Source of the DNA: an uncultured Pseudomonadota bacterium
GTDB lineage: Bacteria > Oederibacteriota > Muellerivitia > Muellerivitales > Muellerivitaceae
DNA length: 64,000 bases
Assembly (NCBI GenBank): GCA_963836235.1
Contig: CAWIIP010000002.1
Span: 139,454 to 203,453, forward strand
Reading direction: 5' to 3'
The notes beneath the pieces were generated by a model. That model saw only the letters and a program-made list of their open reading frames with translations, was not told the origin of the DNA and did not search any database. Positions 1 through 14,592 of the stretch are shown piece by piece; position 1 is the first letter of the stretch, and each line of letters starts with the position of its first letter. The position numbers were made by a program, and so were the translations under genes.

Positions 1-753
1 AAAAATAGCCAATCCCGGAAAAGTGATGAGCCACCAAGCGTCGGTTAAATGATCCCGTCCCTCTTCCAGCATATTTCCCCAGCTCGGGGTAGGCGGCTGG
101 ACCCCTAGGCCGAGGAAACTAAGCGAGGACTCAATCAGGATGGCCCCCCCAATTCCCAAGGTCGCCACCACCAAGACTGGACCCAAGGCATTTGGTAAAA
201 GATGCCTCAAAATGATGCGGGAATCGGTCATACCAATAACCCGGGCTGCCTGAATGAATTCTCTTTCCTTCAAGGAAAGAATTTCACCCCGAACCAACCG
301 GGCAACATCCGTCCAGGAAGTGATTCCGATGATGACCATGATGTTAAGAATACTCGGGCCCACAAAAGCTATGACCATTAGGATAAGAAAAAAAGTCGGG
401 ATACAAAGCAGAATATCCACTAGCCTCATCAAAACCGAATCCAATAGCCCGCCATAATAGCCTGCTACGGCACCGACAAAGGTCCCGATAAATATATAGA
501 TGGAGACAGCCACTAAACCGACGGCCAGGGAAACACGGGAACCATAAAGCATTCGAGAAAGGACATCCCGACCATATTGGTCCGTACCCATCCAATGGTG
601 GAGGGAGGGTGACAGAAGTCGGTCCGCCAAAGTTTGCTGGAGCGGGTCGTAGGGCGAAATCCACTGGGCGGTTAGGGCCGTCAAAACTAAAATTGAAACA
701 ACAACTAAACCCCAAAACATCAAGGGATGTTGAAGAAACAATCGCTTAATCAT
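1..753 (-). CDS. Peptide ABC transporter permease, DppC/OppC family (partial, runs off window start)
   Basis: Hand translation of minus strand from the ATG at 753: MIKRLFLQHPLMFWGLVVVSILVLTALTAQWISPYDPLQ...HWMGTDQYGRDVLSRMLYGS... N-terminal TM plus GTDxxGRD motif of binding-protein-dependent permease C subunits. Not in ORF track because no stop in window. Overlaps upstream permease by 8 nt. Confidence 0.8.
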   Translation of the reverse strand, partial: MIKRLFLQHPLMFWGLVVVSILVLTALTAQWISPYDPLQQTLADRLLSPSLHHWMGTDQYGRDVLSRMLYGSRVSLAVGLVAVSIYIFIGTFVGAVAGYYGGLLDSVLMRLVDILLCIPTFFLILMVIAFVGPSILNIMVIIGITSWTDVARLVRGEILSLKEREFIQAARVIGMTDSRIILRHLLPNALGPVLVVATLGIGGAILIESSLSFLGLGVQPPTPSWGNMLEEGRDHLTDAWWLITFPGLAIF

Positions 754-1720
754 AGCGGATCCTCGGATCCAGCCAAGCATAGGTAATATCCGCCAACAGG
801 TTCCCAAAAAGCGTTAAGAAACCTGAAATGACACCGATCCCCATCAACAAGGGGTAGTCATGGGCTAGAACGGCCTCAAACCCCAGGCGCCCCATTCCCG
901 GCCAGGAAAAAAGGGTTTCGATAATGAAACTCCCGCCGATGATCCCGGGGAGCGACAAACCCATCAATGTCACAATCGGGATAAGGGCGTTAGGTAACGC
1001 ATGTTTGAAGATTACTTGAAACTCGGATAAGCCTTTAGCCCGGGCAGTGCGGATGTAGTCCTGACGGATAACTTCCAGCATGCTGGTCCGGGCGTATCTG
1101 GAAACAGAAGCCAGGCCACCGAAAGTCGTCACGACTAGAGGCAAAACCAGGTGGGAAATCAAATCCCAAACCTGGGACCACCAGGGCAGAAACTCGGCTT
1201 CGGTACTGGTCATTCCGGAAATGGGAAAGAGGTTCATTTTAACCCCAAATAAAAGCATCAACATGAGGGCAAACCAGAAACTGGGCATGGAAAAACCAAC
1301 GAATGAAAAAAGAGTGACGAACCGGTCAAACCACCTATTTTGATAGTAAGCCGCCATAACCCCCATAGGCACCGCCACGAGGAATAAAAGCACTTCAGAC
1401 AATCCCGACAACAAGAGGGTTGCGGGAAGACGCTCGGCGATGACGGCAATCACCGGCCGGTTGTCCCGAAAAGTATTGCCGAAATCCAGGAAGCATATGC
1501 GGTTGAGCCAATGCCAATATTGGACCATCAGGGGATCATCCAAGCCGTAGGACTGGCGGAGTTTGATAAGGTAACTGGGGTCAATCTTGCTGTTCATCCC
1601 TACGTTCAGGGAGGCAGGATCTCCCGGCGCCAACTGCATGATCACAAAGCTGATGAAGGAAATCCCCAAAAGGAGGGGCGCCATCATCAAAAGACGACGG
1701 ATGACATACTTTCTCATGGT
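746..1720 (-). CDS. Peptide ABC transporter permease, DppB/OppB family
   Basis: 337-aa ORF; likely start at MRKYVIRRLL (typical DppB N-terminus). Multi-TM with EAA-loop permease features. Immediately downstream of the substrate-binding protein gene. Confidence 0.85.
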   Translation of the reverse strand, partial: TMRKYVIRRLLMMAPLLLGISFISFVIMQLAPGDPASLNVGMNSKIDPSYLIKLRQSYGLDDPLMVQYWHWLNRICFLDFGNTFRDNRPVIAVIAERLPATLLLSGLSEVLLFLVAVPMGVMAAYYQNRWFDRFVTLFSFVGFSMPSFWFALMLMLLFGVKMNLFPISGMTSTEAEFLPWWSQVWDLISHLVLPLVVTTFGGLASVSRYARTSMLEVIRQDYIRTARAKGLSEFQVIFKHALPNALIPIVTLMGLSLPGIIGGSFIIETLFSWPGMGRLGFEAVLAHDYPLLMGIGVISGFLTLFGNLLADITYAWLDPRIRYD

Positions 1721-3369
1721 TTGATCGAATATTTTTGCTGAGCCAGGGGCACATACCATTTATTAACGGTCAATAAAGAAGGATCCACCAGTTGGGCAAT
1801 CCCAAATCCTTTGAACCGCTTGTGGATGGCGGCAAGGTGGTTGGGAACGACAAGAAAAGTATAAGGCTGGTCCTCGTGTAGGATGGACTGTATTTTCCAG
1901 TAGATTTTTTGGCGTTTGGCCGTATTCAGAGTCTGGCGCCCTTCCACTAACAAGCGGTCCATCTGTTTATTGTTGTAGTCCACAAAATTAAATTGGTGCT
2001 CTCCCCTTTGACTGGAATGGAAGAGCTGGTAGCAATCCGGGTCCGGGGTAATGGCCCAAGATCCGATGTAAGCGTCGAACTTCCGGGGATACATGTACTG
2101 GGAAAGAAGAGTGGTCCATTCATAAACCTGCAGGTCCATCTGAATGCCCATCTGCTTGAACTGTTGCTGGATGATGGTGGCCACCCTCTCGGCGCTAATG
2201 GACCCTTGGGCCAAGATGAGTGTGAATTTAAACGGCGTATCCTTACCGGCGATGACCTTGTGGAGCAGGCCGTCCCCACTCGGCTTCCAACCCACTTCCT
2301 TCAGGATTTGTCCCGCTTTAGCCGGATCAAAGGGCCAGGGCTTGTCGGCAGGATTGTTAGCCCAAGAATGGAGCGGGTAAGGGCTATCACAAACCACTCC
2401 CTGCCCATAACTGACATTTTGAATGATGGTTTGACGATCAATGGCCATGGTCAAGGCCTGTCGTACTTTCTTATCCTTGAAGATGGGGTTTTTCGGATTC
2501 CAACCAATGTAACTGAAAGCCAGCGAATCTGTTTTGTAGGTGTTGTAATAATCCTCAAACTTCGGGGTATCCGTTTCCTTGACATATTGTTCCGCCCTCA
2601 TACCCCCATGCATCCAGGCGCCCATGGCGTCGATTCCGCCGTTCATTAGCTCAAGAAATTCGGTGGTTTGGTCCGGAATAATTCGCATGACGAATTTTTG
2701 GATGTGGGGCTTTCCACCCCAATAGTCGGGGTTGGCTTCCAGCACGACCTTTTGGGCCGTCTGCCATTCGACGAACTTGTAAGGCCCTGTCCCGATCGGG
2801 TGGCGGTCGAAATCCGATTTATTGATGTCCTTGCCTTCCAACAAATGCTTGGGAAGAATCATGTCGAAGGTTTGGGACAAGGCCGGAGCAAAGGGCTTTT
2901 TGTAGGTTACCCGAACGGTATAGAGGTCCATAATTTCGACATTCTTAATGTCCTGGTACATGGCCCCTTCCGGGGTGTTCACCGTCGGATCGGAATAAAC
3001 CTTATAAGTAAAAAGAACGTCATCGGCCGTGAATTCCACCCCATCCTGGAAATGAACTCCCTTGCGGAGGTAATAGGTGATGACCTTGCCGTCCTTGGAA
3101 ACAGTCCATTTTTCGGCCAGGCATGGCACGGGATTGAAATTCTCGTCCATGCGGGCCAGTCCCTCAAATATCAAATAGTCAATATCCTCTCCGCCCGTCT
3201 CATCCACCAAGGGCGGCATTAAGTGCCTGGGATCGGCAGACCCCGATTCCACTAACATGTCCCCATCTGCCACCGGGCCATCCTGGGTGTAGATTTTGGG
3301 ATCTTTTTTCCCGCAACCGGAAAAGAGAACCGCCGCCATCGCCAAAACGACCAGTGACTTTCGGTACAT
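1714..3369 (-). CDS. Peptide ABC transporter substrate-binding lipoprotein (family 5 SBP)
   Basis: 577-aa ORF; real start probably MYRKSLVVLAMAAVLFSGCGKK (lipoprotein signal with lipobox). Length and composition typical of OppA/DppA-type SBP. First gene of the dppA-B-C arrangement. Confidence 0.85.
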   Translation of the reverse strand: MYRKSLVVLAMAAVLFSGCGKKDPKIYTQDGPVADGDMLVESGSADPRHLMPPLVDETGGEDIDYLIFEGLARMDENFNPVPCLAEKWTVSKDGKVITYYLRKGVHFQDGVEFTADDVLFTYKVYSDPTVNTPEGAMYQDIKNVEIMDLYTVRVTYKKPFAPALSQTFDMILPKHLLEGKDINKSDFDRHPIGTGPYKFVEWQTAQKVVLEANPDYWGGKPHIQKFVMRIIPDQTTEFLELMNGGIDAMGAWMHGGMRAEQYVKETDTPKFEDYYNTYKTDSLAFSYIGWNPKNPIFKDKKVRQALTMAIDRQTIIQNVSYGQGVVCDSPYPLHSWANNPADKPWPFDPAKAGQILKEVGWKPSGDGLLHKVIAGKDTPFKFTLILAQGSISAERVATIIQQQFKQMGIQMDLQVYEWTTLLSQYMYPRKFDAYIGSWAITPDPDCYQLFHSSQRGEHQFNFVDYNNKQMDRLLVEGRQTLNTAKRQKIYWKIQSILHEDQPYTFLVVPNHLAAIHKRFKGFGIAQLVDPSLLTVNKWYVPLAQQKYSIKP

Positions 3370-3513
3370 TTTAAAAAAACTCCTTAAAAGATTGTTAACC
3401 ACCAAGATACCAAGAGCACCAAGAACGACAAAAAGATCGAAACACAAGAAAGATATTAAAATAAAAGATTTTGTCTTTCCCTTTTCTTGGTGTCTTGGTG
3501 GTTCAAATAGATT

Positions 3514-6201
3514 TTAAGCGCCGTGGCACTTCTTGTATTTCTTGCCGGACCCGCAAGGGCAAGGGTCATTCCGACCCACCTTGGGCTCATCCCTGCGGAT
3601 GGTGGCGACCTTCCCCGTTTCCTGAGACTGGTTTCCTTGGGCCTGCTGCCAAGTGTCCATGCCCGGGGGCGGCGCTATTCCTGGCGGCATATTTCCTCCC
3701 AACATTCCCATAGGCTGGGTCTCCATAGGTGCCGGAGCGGGAGTGGCCTGTGCGTGCGGATCGAAATCCGGGTGTTCTTCCTTGATGTTCTTGAGATCTC
3801 CTTGGGGAAATAATTCTTCTTTGGAACTCACGGTTTGAATGAGGAACAAAAGCTTAAGAGAATCTACTTTAATTTGTCCCACCATCTCCTGGAACATTTG
3901 GAACCCTTCCCTTTTATATTCGATCAAGGGGTCTTTTTGACCATAAGCTTGCAGTCCGATGCCTTCTTTCAAATGATCCATCGATAGAAGATGGTCTTTC
4001 CAAAGGTTATCCACAACTTGGAGAATAATCGCCCTTTCCAGAGAACGCATAACATCAGGCGTCAGGGCCTTTTCCTTGTCTTCGTAGGCCTTGATAATTT
4101 CGTCTTTCAGCGCGGCGTAAAAAGCATCTCGGTCCAGTCGGCGGAAGCTTTCTTCCTTCCATCCCAGCTCTTTTTGAAAAACCTCTTGATACCACTTTTT
4201 CAAACCCTCATGGTTCCATTCCTCGGGTTTAGTTTTCTCCGGCAGGTGGGTATCGATACCCAATACCGCCACATCTTCCAGAATTTCAAGCATGTGGGCT
4301 CGAATGTCTTTTTCCCTTAAAACCCGGTTTCTTTCCCGGTAAATCACCTCGCGCTGCTTGTTCATAACGTCGTCATATTCGAGCAAGTGTTTACGGATGT
4401 CGAAATTGTGGGACTCGACCGCTTTCTGCGCCCTTTCAATGGATTTAGACACCCAAGGATGGGAAATCACTTCCCCTTCCTCCATGCCCAACCGGGTCAT
4501 CCAATCCTTTAGTTTGTCCGAACCGAAGATACGCATCAGATCATCCTCAAGGGACACGTAAAAGCGGGACAATCCCGGATCGCCCTGGCGCCCCGACCGG
4601 CCACGAAGCTGGTTATCGATACGGCGGCTCTCATGCCGTTCCGTGCCAAAAACAGCCAACCCACCGACCTCTTTAACACCAGGGCCCAACACGATATCCG
4701 TGCCTCGGCCTGCCATGTTCGTGGCGATGGTGACCGCGCCCGGCTGTCCAGCTAGGGAGATGATGTCCGATTCCCGGTCATGGAACTTGGCGTTCAAGAC
4801 CTCATGCTTGACCCCCCGCTTCTTCAATAAGCCGGAGAGCATTTCATTTTTCTCAATGGAAACGGTACCAACCAGCACCGGTTGGCCTTTTTGGTTCAAC
4901 TCGACGACGTCGTCGACGATCGCGTTGAATTTTTCCTTGATCGAGCGGTAAACCGCGTCCGAATCGTCTTTGCGAACCATGGGGTTATGGGTGGGAATAG
5001 TCAAAACGTCCAGATTATAAATGTCCTTGAACTCCGCAGCCTCGGTTTCGGCAGTCCCGGTCATTCCCGCTAGCTTTTTGTACATACGAAAGAAATTTTG
5101 GAAAGTGATCGTCGCCAGAGTTTGATTCTCCGCCTCGATCTTGACTTTTTCCTTGGCTTCCAGGGCTTGATGCAGGCCATCGGAATAGCGACGCCCCGGC
5201 ATGAGGCGGCCCGTGAATTCATCGACGATGATGACTTCACCGTCTTTCACGATGTAATCCACGTCCCGTTTGAAGACGACATGAGCTTTCAAAGCCTGGT
5301 TGACGTGGTGGACCAACCGGACATTTTTATGGTCATAAAGATTGTCTACCTTAAGGAGACTTTCCACGTGGCGCACTCCGGCTTCGGTTAAAAAGGCCGA
5401 CCGGGTTTTTTCTTCCGTGTCATAATCCTTGTCTTTTCCGAGAGCAAGCGAAGGGATAATGCGATCAATTTTGTAGTAGAGGTCGGTTGATTCTTCGGAG
5501 GGCCCCGAAATAATGAGTGGCGTTCGCGCTTCATCCACCAAGATACTGTCCACTTCGTCCACGATGGCATAGTTCAAGGCCCTTTGGACGGTATAACCCG
5601 GACCGGTCGCCATGTTGTCCCTCAAATAGTCGAAACCCAATTCGTTATTGGTACCATAAGTGATGTCACAACCATAGGCGGCCTGGCGCTCTTCATGTTC
5701 CAACCCGTGTTTGATAACGCCGGTAGTAAGACCCAAAAAATTATAAATGTTCCCCATGCCCTTGAAGGTTCCCCGGCCCAAGCTGTCGCGCTCAGCCAAG
5801 AAGTCGTTGACGGTCACCAAGTGGACACCCTTGCCTTCCAGGGCATTCAAATAAATGGGTAACGTGGCGACGAGGGTTTTACCCTCACCTGTTTTCATTT
5901 CAGCGATACAACCCGAGTGAAGCACCATGCCGCCGACCAATTGCACGTCAAAATGGCGGAGCCCCATCACGCGTTTGGAGGTTTCCCGCACGACGGCAAA
6001 AGCCTCCACCAAAAGGTCGTCGATGGTTTCCCCATGGGTAAGGCGGTCTTTAAATTCGTCGGTTTTCTTGCGTAAATCCGCGTCGGAAAGCGCCTGAAAT
6101 TGGGGTTCCAAGGCGTTGATTTGCTGTACTTTAGGCCAAAGTTTTTTCAGTTCCCGGTCGGCCTTGCTTCCGAAAATCTTGGTTAAGACGTTACCTAACA
6201 T
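3514..6201 (-). CDS. secA: Preprotein translocase ATPase SecA
   Basis: 895 aa; N-terminus [20 protein letters not shown] matches SecA; DEAD-like motor motifs; C-terminal zinc-binding tail [14 protein letters not shown]. Confidence 0.95.
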   Translation of the reverse strand: MLGNVLTKIFGSKADRELKKLWPKVQQINALEPQFQALSDADLRKKTDEFKDRLTHGETIDDLLVEAFAVVRETSKRVMGLRHFDVQLVGGMVLHSGCIAEMKTGEGKTLVATLPIYLNALEGKGVHLVTVNDFLAERDSLGRGTFKGMGNIYNFLGLTTGVIKHGLEHEERQAAYGCDITYGTNNELGFDYLRDNMATGPGYTVQRALNYAIVDEVDSILVDEARTPLIISGPSEESTDLYYKIDRIIPSLALGKDKDYDTEEKTRSAFLTEAGVRHVESLLKVDNLYDHKNVRLVHHVNQALKAHVVFKRDVDYIVKDGEVIIVDEFTGRLMPGRRYSDGLHQALEAKEKVKIEAENQTLATITFQNFFRMYKKLAGMTGTAETEAAEFKDIYNLDVLTIPTHNPMVRKDDSDAVYRSIKEKFNAIVDDVVELNQKGQPVLVGTVSIEKNEMLSGLLKKRGVKHEVLNAKFHDRESDIISLAGQPGAVTIATNMAGRGTDIVLGPGVKEVGGLAVFGTERHESRRIDNQLRGRSGRQGDPGLSRFYVSLEDDLMRIFGSDKLKDWMTRLGMEEGEVISHPWVSKSIERAQKAVESHNFDIRKHLLEYDDVMNKQREVIYRERNRVLREKDIRAHMLEILEDVAVLGIDTHLPEKTKPEEWNHEGLKKWYQEVFQKELGWKEESFRRLDRDAFYAALKDEIIKAYEDKEKALTPDVMRSLERAIILQVVDNLWKDHLLSMDHLKEGIGLQAYGQKDPLIEYKREGFQMFQEMVGQIKVDSLKLLFLIQTVSSKEELFPQGDLKNIKEEHPDFDPHAQATPAPAPMETQPMGMLGGNMPPGIAPPPGMDTWQQAQGNQSQETGKVATIRRDEPKVGRNDPCPCGSGKKYKKCHGA

Positions 6202-6331
6202 GTTTCCTCGTTTCGATGGGGTAGGGGTGGTAAAGAGGCCTAAGTATAAGGAGTTTGATGGGGTGGTTCAAGGCGGGAAAAGGCTAGCTGACAGTCGGTA
6301 GATTTCGGTTCCAAGCAAAGGCTTTTAAATC

Positions 6332-9601
<3,270 letters not shown>

Positions 9602-9736
9602 GGAACCCCGCTGGTTGGATGGTTAGGACCGGGGTAGTTTATCACGTAGTTTTGATGAAACATATGCTTGAAATGCGTTCGCCGTTCGCGGCCAGACTTT
9701 TAACAGTCAACGGTCAATTTTGAACCTTTGGCTGGT

Positions 9737-10093
9737 TTATCGGATCTTCTTCTGGAGGAGATAGCTAAGAATTCGCAAGCGGTTTTCCTGACTTTCATTG
9801 TAGGCCCAAAAGCGTTCCAAATTTGAAAAACGCTCGGATTTCTTGTTGAGGCGGCAAACTTGCTCCCCATCAACGCGTTTCTCAAAAGTGGCCAAACCCA
9901 ACTTCTCAAGCTTTCGCGTGGGTTTCAAGACGTCTTCGGTTGTCCGGCCCAAAAGTTGGGCGATACGGGCGGGAGTTTCCACCTCCCCCATTTTTTTGGA
10001 AACGAATATCAGCAAATCCCACATGACAAAGGAATCTACCACCTCGTCGATAAAGGCCCGGATGTCATCGGGAATGTCAATTTCCACTTTCAA
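9737..10093 (-). CDS. Hypothetical protein, possible winged-helix DNA-binding
   Basis: 118-aa ORF between phosphoesterase and nusB; no diagnostic motif recognised. Confidence 0.4.
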   Translation of the reverse strand: MKVEIDIPDDIRAFIDEVVDSFVMWDLLIFVSKKMGEVETPARIAQLLGRTTEDVLKPTRKLEKLGLATFEKRVDGEQVCRLNKKSERFSNLERFWAYNESQENRLRILSYLLQKKIR

Positions 10094-10139
10094 CTCCTAA
10101 AGAACCCCTAGCCATTGTCAAATGGCTACAAGCCACCCA

Positions 10140-10544
10140 TTACGCGCTGGTTTTATTTAATTTGTCCAAAATGCCGTTCACAAACTTGCTCGATTCTTCG
10201 GTGCTGAAACGTCTCACAATCTCGATGGCTTCATTGATGGCCACCGATTTTGGAATTTCCGAATCATAAATAATTTCATAGGTCGCCAGCCTCAAAATGT
10301 TGCGATCCACGGCGGCCATGCGAGTCAAATCCCAATTCTCGGCCAATCCCCTTAGATGCTTGTCGATATCAGCCAGCTTGTCCCAGGTGTTTCTCACCAT
10401 ACGTAGAGCCATGACCTTGGCGGCTTCCGGTGCGCTGGCCTGGGGCAAAAAACTTTCTTCAATTTCCTTTAATTGAACCGTCCCCATGTCCATTTGAAAC
10501 AACATCTGGAGCGCTAGTTCGCGGCTGCGGCGTTTCAATCCCAT
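10140..10544 (-). CDS. nusB: Transcription antitermination factor NusB
   Basis: 134 aa; N-terminus RRSRELALQMLFQMDMG and overall helical pattern match NusB; located downstream of ribH as in many bacteria. Confidence 0.9.
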   Translation of the reverse strand: MGLKRRSRELALQMLFQMDMGTVQLKEIEESFLPQASAPEAAKVMALRMVRNTWDKLADIDKHLRGLAENWDLTRMAAVDRNILRLATYEIIYDSEIPKSVAINEAIEIVRRFSTEESSKFVNGILDKLNKTSA

Positions 10545-10556
10545 TTCAAATAATCC

Positions 10557-11027
10557 TCATTGGATTTGGTCCATAACCGAAAGGGTTTCTAAAAGATGCA
10601 AGGCCGCCTCGGCACCCTTGTTTTCGTTTTTCTCCCCCGCCCGAGCCAGGGCTTGGTCCAAACTATCTGTCGTTAAAACGCCAAAAGCCACGGGCAAGCT
10701 CGATTTTTCCGAAATCCGCCGCAATCCCGAAGCTACTTCCGCGGCAATGTGTTCGTGATGGGTGGTCTCTCCCCGGATAACCGCCCCTAAAGTGATAACC
10801 CCTTGGAATCGGCCAGTCCTCACGAGTTTCGCGGCGACCACCGGTATCTCCCACGCGCCGGGCACCCAGGCAACCTCAATATTTTTCTCGATTACACCCC
10901 GGGCCGCCAAGGTTTCCAAAGCGCCCCGCAACAAGCGTTGGCCGATCAAATCGTTGAATCGGCTTACGACAATGGCAATCCGATATTTGGCGCCTTCCGG
11001 TTTTCCTTCGTAAATTTTGACGGTCAC
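10557..11027 (-). CDS. ribH: 6,7-dimethyl-8-ribityllumazine synthase
   Basis: 156 aa; KYRIAIVVSRFNDLIGQRLLRGALETL and AWVPGAWEIPVVAAKL match RibH. Confidence 0.9.
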   Translation of the reverse strand: MTVKIYEGKPEGAKYRIAIVVSRFNDLIGQRLLRGALETLAARGVIEKNIEVAWVPGAWEIPVVAAKLVRTGRFQGVITLGAVIRGETTHHEHIAAEVASGLRRISEKSSLPVAFGVLTTDSLDQALARAGEKNENKGAEAALHLLETLSVMDQIQ

Positions 11028-11119
11028 TCAATCTCCTTAAAAATCAGCACCACCGAAAAGGTCCTTAATGCCGCAAAACATTGAAAGGCTAAACCGGCAG
11101 GCATTGTAGTGCATCTTTT

Positions 11120-12331
11120 CTATTTTGGTTCGGAATTCTTGCTTAAAAAATGTCCCATCTTCAAACGTTTTGCGTCCAAATACCTGGCATTAATGGAATT
11201 AGCGGGGATTTCAATAGGAACACGTTCGACTACCTTTAACCCATATCCTTCCAAACCCACGATTTTTTTCGGGTTATTGGTCAAAAGACGAATTTCCTTA
11301 ATTCCTAAATCCACAAGGATCTGGGCGCCAATACCATAGTCCCGTAAATCGGCGGGAAAGCCCAATTTTTCGTTCGCTTCTACCGTATCCAATCCCTGGT
11401 CCTGAAGTTGATAAGCTTTTAATTTATTGAGAAGGCCGATTCCACGGCCTTCCTGTCGCATGTAAAGAACGAGTCCTTGCCCTTCTTTTTCAATCTGGGC
11501 CATCGCGGCGTGAAGCTGCTCACCGCAATCACAACGCAAAGAACCAAAAACGTCCCCCGTGAGACATTCGGAATGCACCCTGACCAGAACCGGTCCCTGA
11601 ACAATGTCGCCTTTAATAAAAGCCAAACTGTCGTCATCTTCCGTTTCGGCCTTATAGATAACGACTTTCCATTCACCCGTTTCGGTCGGTATCGGAACTT
11701 CTAACACTCGCCGTACCAATTTTTCCTTCTGGCGGCGGTAACGAATGAGCTCCGCGATGGTGATCATCGTGAGTCCGTACTTGGCCGTAAAGATTTTCAA
11801 ATCGTCCATGCGGGCCATCGTACCGTCATCTTTCATGATTTCACAAAGAACGCCAATGGGCCTTAAACCCGCCAGCTTGGCCAAGTCAACCGTGGCTTCC
11901 GTGTGCCCCGCTCGGCGGAGCACTCCTCCGGATCGGTATTTCAGGGGAAAAATATGCCCCGGTCTCACCAAATCGGAAGGTTTTGATTTCCGGTCGGCAA
12001 GGATTTGAATCGCCTTCGCCCGGTCGTGAGTTGAGATGCCGGTCGTGACCCCTTGGCGAGCATCCACGGAAACGGCGAAAGCCGTGCGAAATTGATCTTG
12101 TTGTTCCGTAACCATCAAAGAAAGATCCAAGCGGTCTAAATCCTCGCCCAGCATAGGCACGCAAATAAGGCCACGACCTTCTTTCGCCATGAAATTAACC
12201 GCCTCGGGAGTCGCCTTTTCGGCTGCGATGACCAAGTCTCCTTCATTTTCTCGGTTCTCGTCATCCACCACGACCACCATTTTCCCCTGGCGGATATCTT
12301 CAATGGCTTGTTCTATTCTCTTGGTTTCCAT
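11120..12331 (-). CDS. ribBA: Bifunctional 3,4-dihydroxy-2-butanone-4-phosphate synthase / GTP cyclohydrolase II
   Basis: ~400 aa; DHBP synthase motifs ([16 protein letters not shown]) then GTP cyclohydrolase II (CDCG zinc motif). Start taken at METKR rather than ORF-track 12358. Confidence 0.9.
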   Translation of the reverse strand: METKRIEQAIEDIRQGKMVVVVDDENRENEGDLVIAAEKATPEAVNFMAKEGRGLICVPMLGEDLDRLDLSLMVTEQQDQFRTAFAVSVDARQGVTTGISTHDRAKAIQILADRKSKPSDLVRPGHIFPLKYRSGGVLRRAGHTEATVDLAKLAGLRPIGVLCEIMKDDGTMARMDDLKIFTAKYGLTMITIAELIRYRRQKEKLVRRVLEVPIPTETGEWKVVIYKAETEDDDSLAFIKGDIVQGPVLVRVHSECLTGDVFGSLRCDCGEQLHAAMAQIEKEGQGLVLYMRQEGRGIGLLNKLKAYQLQDQGLDTVEANEKLGFPADLRDYGIGAQILVDLGIKEIRLLTNNPKKIVGLEGYGLKVVERVPIEIPANSINARYLDAKRLKMGHFLSKNSEPK

Positions 12332-12483
12332 TTCAACACCTTTAACCCCGCAATACACGAAAAGTACGAAGTTTAATATTTAACTTTTCTAAACTCATTT
12401 ATTTACTTTGCTTAGTACACAAATGCTTTCGAGAAACCCAAGGCCCAAGCAAGTCGGCCAACTCATGCTTGAATCCGCCCTAT

Positions 12484-12915
12484 TTATGAATAAGTATCTA
12501 AAAGCATCCCACGAATCTCATCTAAAGCCGCCAGGATCCTCATGGAATCCTGCTGGCCTGCCAAAAGCAGTTGGCCCAGGTTTTCGATGGCTTCATCCAC
12601 CTTCTGCATCGTTAAATAGACAACGAACTTTCCGTCCTTTTTCTTGCCATGATGTTCCTCCATACGAAAGGAAGAATTCACCACCTTATTCATGAACTTC
12701 TTGACCGAAGCCTTATATTCCTCAAATTCTTTACGACCTTTGCTGGAAAATAGTTTCCTCCCTTTTTCCTCGACCTCGACGATCATCATGCTTAATTCCG
12801 CTTGCAAGGCGGAGTTGGTCACCCTTTTAATGCGCTCATTCAACGCGGGCGCAAAGAGCGGGGAAATGGGTTGGGGCTTTTCAAATTCACTATCACCCAA
12901 TTTTTCTATTTTCAT
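12484..12915 (-). CDS. Small conserved hypothetical protein inserted in rib operon (possibly DUF327/YaaR-like, from memory)
   Basis: 143 aa; FEEYKASVKKFMNKVV ... EIRGMLLD pattern recalled from YaaR-like proteins. Overlaps ribE start by 4 nt. Confidence 0.45.
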   Translation of the reverse strand: MKIEKLGDSEFEKPQPISPLFAPALNERIKRVTNSALQAELSMMIVEVEEKGRKLFSSKGRKEFEEYKASVKKFMNKVVNSSFRMEEHHGKKKDGKFVVYLTMQKVDEAIENLGQLLLAGQQDSMRILAALDEIRGMLLDTYS

Positions 12916-13520
12916 AGGTTTTGTACCGTCCGATATCCCGCCGAAAGCTTCTCCACGTATTTGGCGAGGAGGTCCGCTTCCACATGCAAATAATCGTCCG
13001 CCTTCCTGAATTTCAAATCGGTATTTTGAAGGGTATGGGGGATAAGCGCCACTTCCACTTCGTCGCCTTTTACCGTCACAACCGTCAAGCTGATCCCATT
13101 CAGCGCGATGCTTCCCTTTTCAATTACATAAGGCACGAGTGCGTCAGGAATCCGAACCTTTAAGCGTGCGCCTTGACCGTCCTGGTTCAATTCCAAGATT
13201 TGACCGACACCGTCAACGTGGCCCTGAACAAAATGTCCACCTAAGGGCTCGCTGAGGGTCAAAGGAGGTTCCAAATTGACGGCCTCCCCTTTTTTCAAAA
13301 GTCCAAGCACGGTACGTTTGATCGTCTCTGGAACCGCCTGGAAGGAAACAACAGGCGGCTTCACCTCCACCACCGTAAGGCAGCAACCATTGACGGCTAC
13401 GCTATCCCCAATCCTTAACTTTGGGGACAACCGGGGAGCTTCCAGCGAAAGCCACAACTCATGACCTTGCTTTTCAGCCTTTAATACAGTCCCCACTTCT
13501 TGAATCAGACCCGTGAACAT
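12912..13520 (-). CDS. ribE: Riboflavin synthase alpha subunit
   Basis: Start at MFTGLIQEVG (classic riboflavin synthase N-terminus); two lumazine-binding repeats. Confidence 0.9.
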   Translation of the reverse strand: MFTGLIQEVGTVLKAEKQGHELWLSLEAPRLSPKLRIGDSVAVNGCCLTVVEVKPPVVSFQAVPETIKRTVLGLLKKGEAVNLEPPLTLSEPLGGHFVQGHVDGVGQILELNQDGQGARLKVRIPDALVPYVIEKGSIALNGISLTVVTVKGDEVEVALIPHTLQNTDLKFRKADDYLHVEADLLAKYVEKLSAGYRTVQNL

Positions 13521-13521
13521 T

Positions 13522-14592
13522 TCACATTTTTCCCGTGAGTAAAAAATCAATACCAACTTTCCGCACTTGGATATCCTTTAAGTAAGGCGCAGTGTTGGGA
13601 TTTTCAACACCCACTCCACCCACCCAACCGGGAGCCTTTCCTCCGAAAATTTTGGGTGAAATAAAGAGATCCACCTCATCAACTTTCTTTTCCCGCAAAA
13701 ATGAAGCAAATACTTCACCGCCGCCTTCCACTAAAATTGAACGAACCTGGAGTAAATAAAGCACCTTTAAAACAGCTCTTAACGATAACATCTTTCCTTG
13801 TGAAGGCACCCGAAAAACAACCGCACCGCGCTTCACGAGGGCTTTTTCTTTGGTCTTAGAAGCTATTTGGGAGGTGAAAAGGATGGTTTTCGCCCGGCCT
13901 TGTAAAACTTTGGCCCTCAGGCCCAACCGCAAGCGGGAATCTAAAATAACTCTAAAAGGCCATCCGTCGTTTCGACGATAGCCGGGAAGCCGAATTGTAA
14001 GAGAAGGATTATCCTTCAAAGCCGTGCCACTACCCACCAGGATAGCGTCGGATTGGACCCGCATTTCGTGGGTTTTCCGGCGAGCTTTTTCCCCCGTAAT
14101 CCACTTGGACTTACCCGAAACGGTGGCAATTTTTCCATCCAAACTCATGGCCGCTTTCAAGATGACCCGAGGCCTTCGATGGGCAACACTAAACAGAAAA
14201 GCCCGATTGATTTCTTGCGCTTCTTTTTCCAATACTCCCGTCTGCACTTGTATGCCAGCTTCCGTTAACGCTTTGAATCCTCGTCCATTGACCAAGGGAA
14301 ATGGGTCTTTCATAGCCACCACAACTTTTCGAACTTCCGATTGGATGATAGCGTCTACACATGGTGGAGTTTTTCCATAATGGACGCAAGGTTCTAGGGT
14401 GATGTATAAAGTTGCGCCTTTAGCCCGCCTTCCGGCCTTCCTAAGCGTTACCCGCTCGGCGTGGGGGCCGCCATAAGGTTGGGTAGCTCCCTCCGCCACA
14501 ATCCTGCCCTTCTGAACCAAAACGGCTCCGACCCTGGGATTTGGCGAAGCATATTTCGCCCGGTTCTGCGCCAGGAAAAGCGCTCGTCTCAT
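13522..14592 (-). CDS. ribD: Bifunctional riboflavin biosynthesis deaminase/reductase RibD
   Basis: Deaminase zinc motif HAE...PCxxC (HAERVTLRKAG... LEPCVHYGKTPPC) then reductase domain. Start chosen at MRRALFLAQN; ORF track extends to 14727. Confidence 0.88.
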   Translation of the reverse strand: MRRALFLAQNRAKYASPNPRVGAVLVQKGRIVAEGATQPYGGPHAERVTLRKAGRRAKGATLYITLEPCVHYGKTPPCVDAIIQSEVRKVVVAMKDPFPLVNGRGFKALTEAGIQVQTGVLEKEAQEINRAFLFSVAHRRPRVILKAAMSLDGKIATVSGKSKWITGEKARRKTHEMRVQSDAILVGSGTALKDNPSLTIRLPGYRRNDGWPFRVILDSRLRLGLRAKVLQGRAKTILFTSQIASKTKEKALVKRGAVVFRVPSQGKMLSLRAVLKVLYLLQVRSILVEGGGEVFASFLREKKVDEVDLFISPKIFGGKAPGWVGGVGVENPNTAPYLKDIQVRKVGIDFLLTGKM

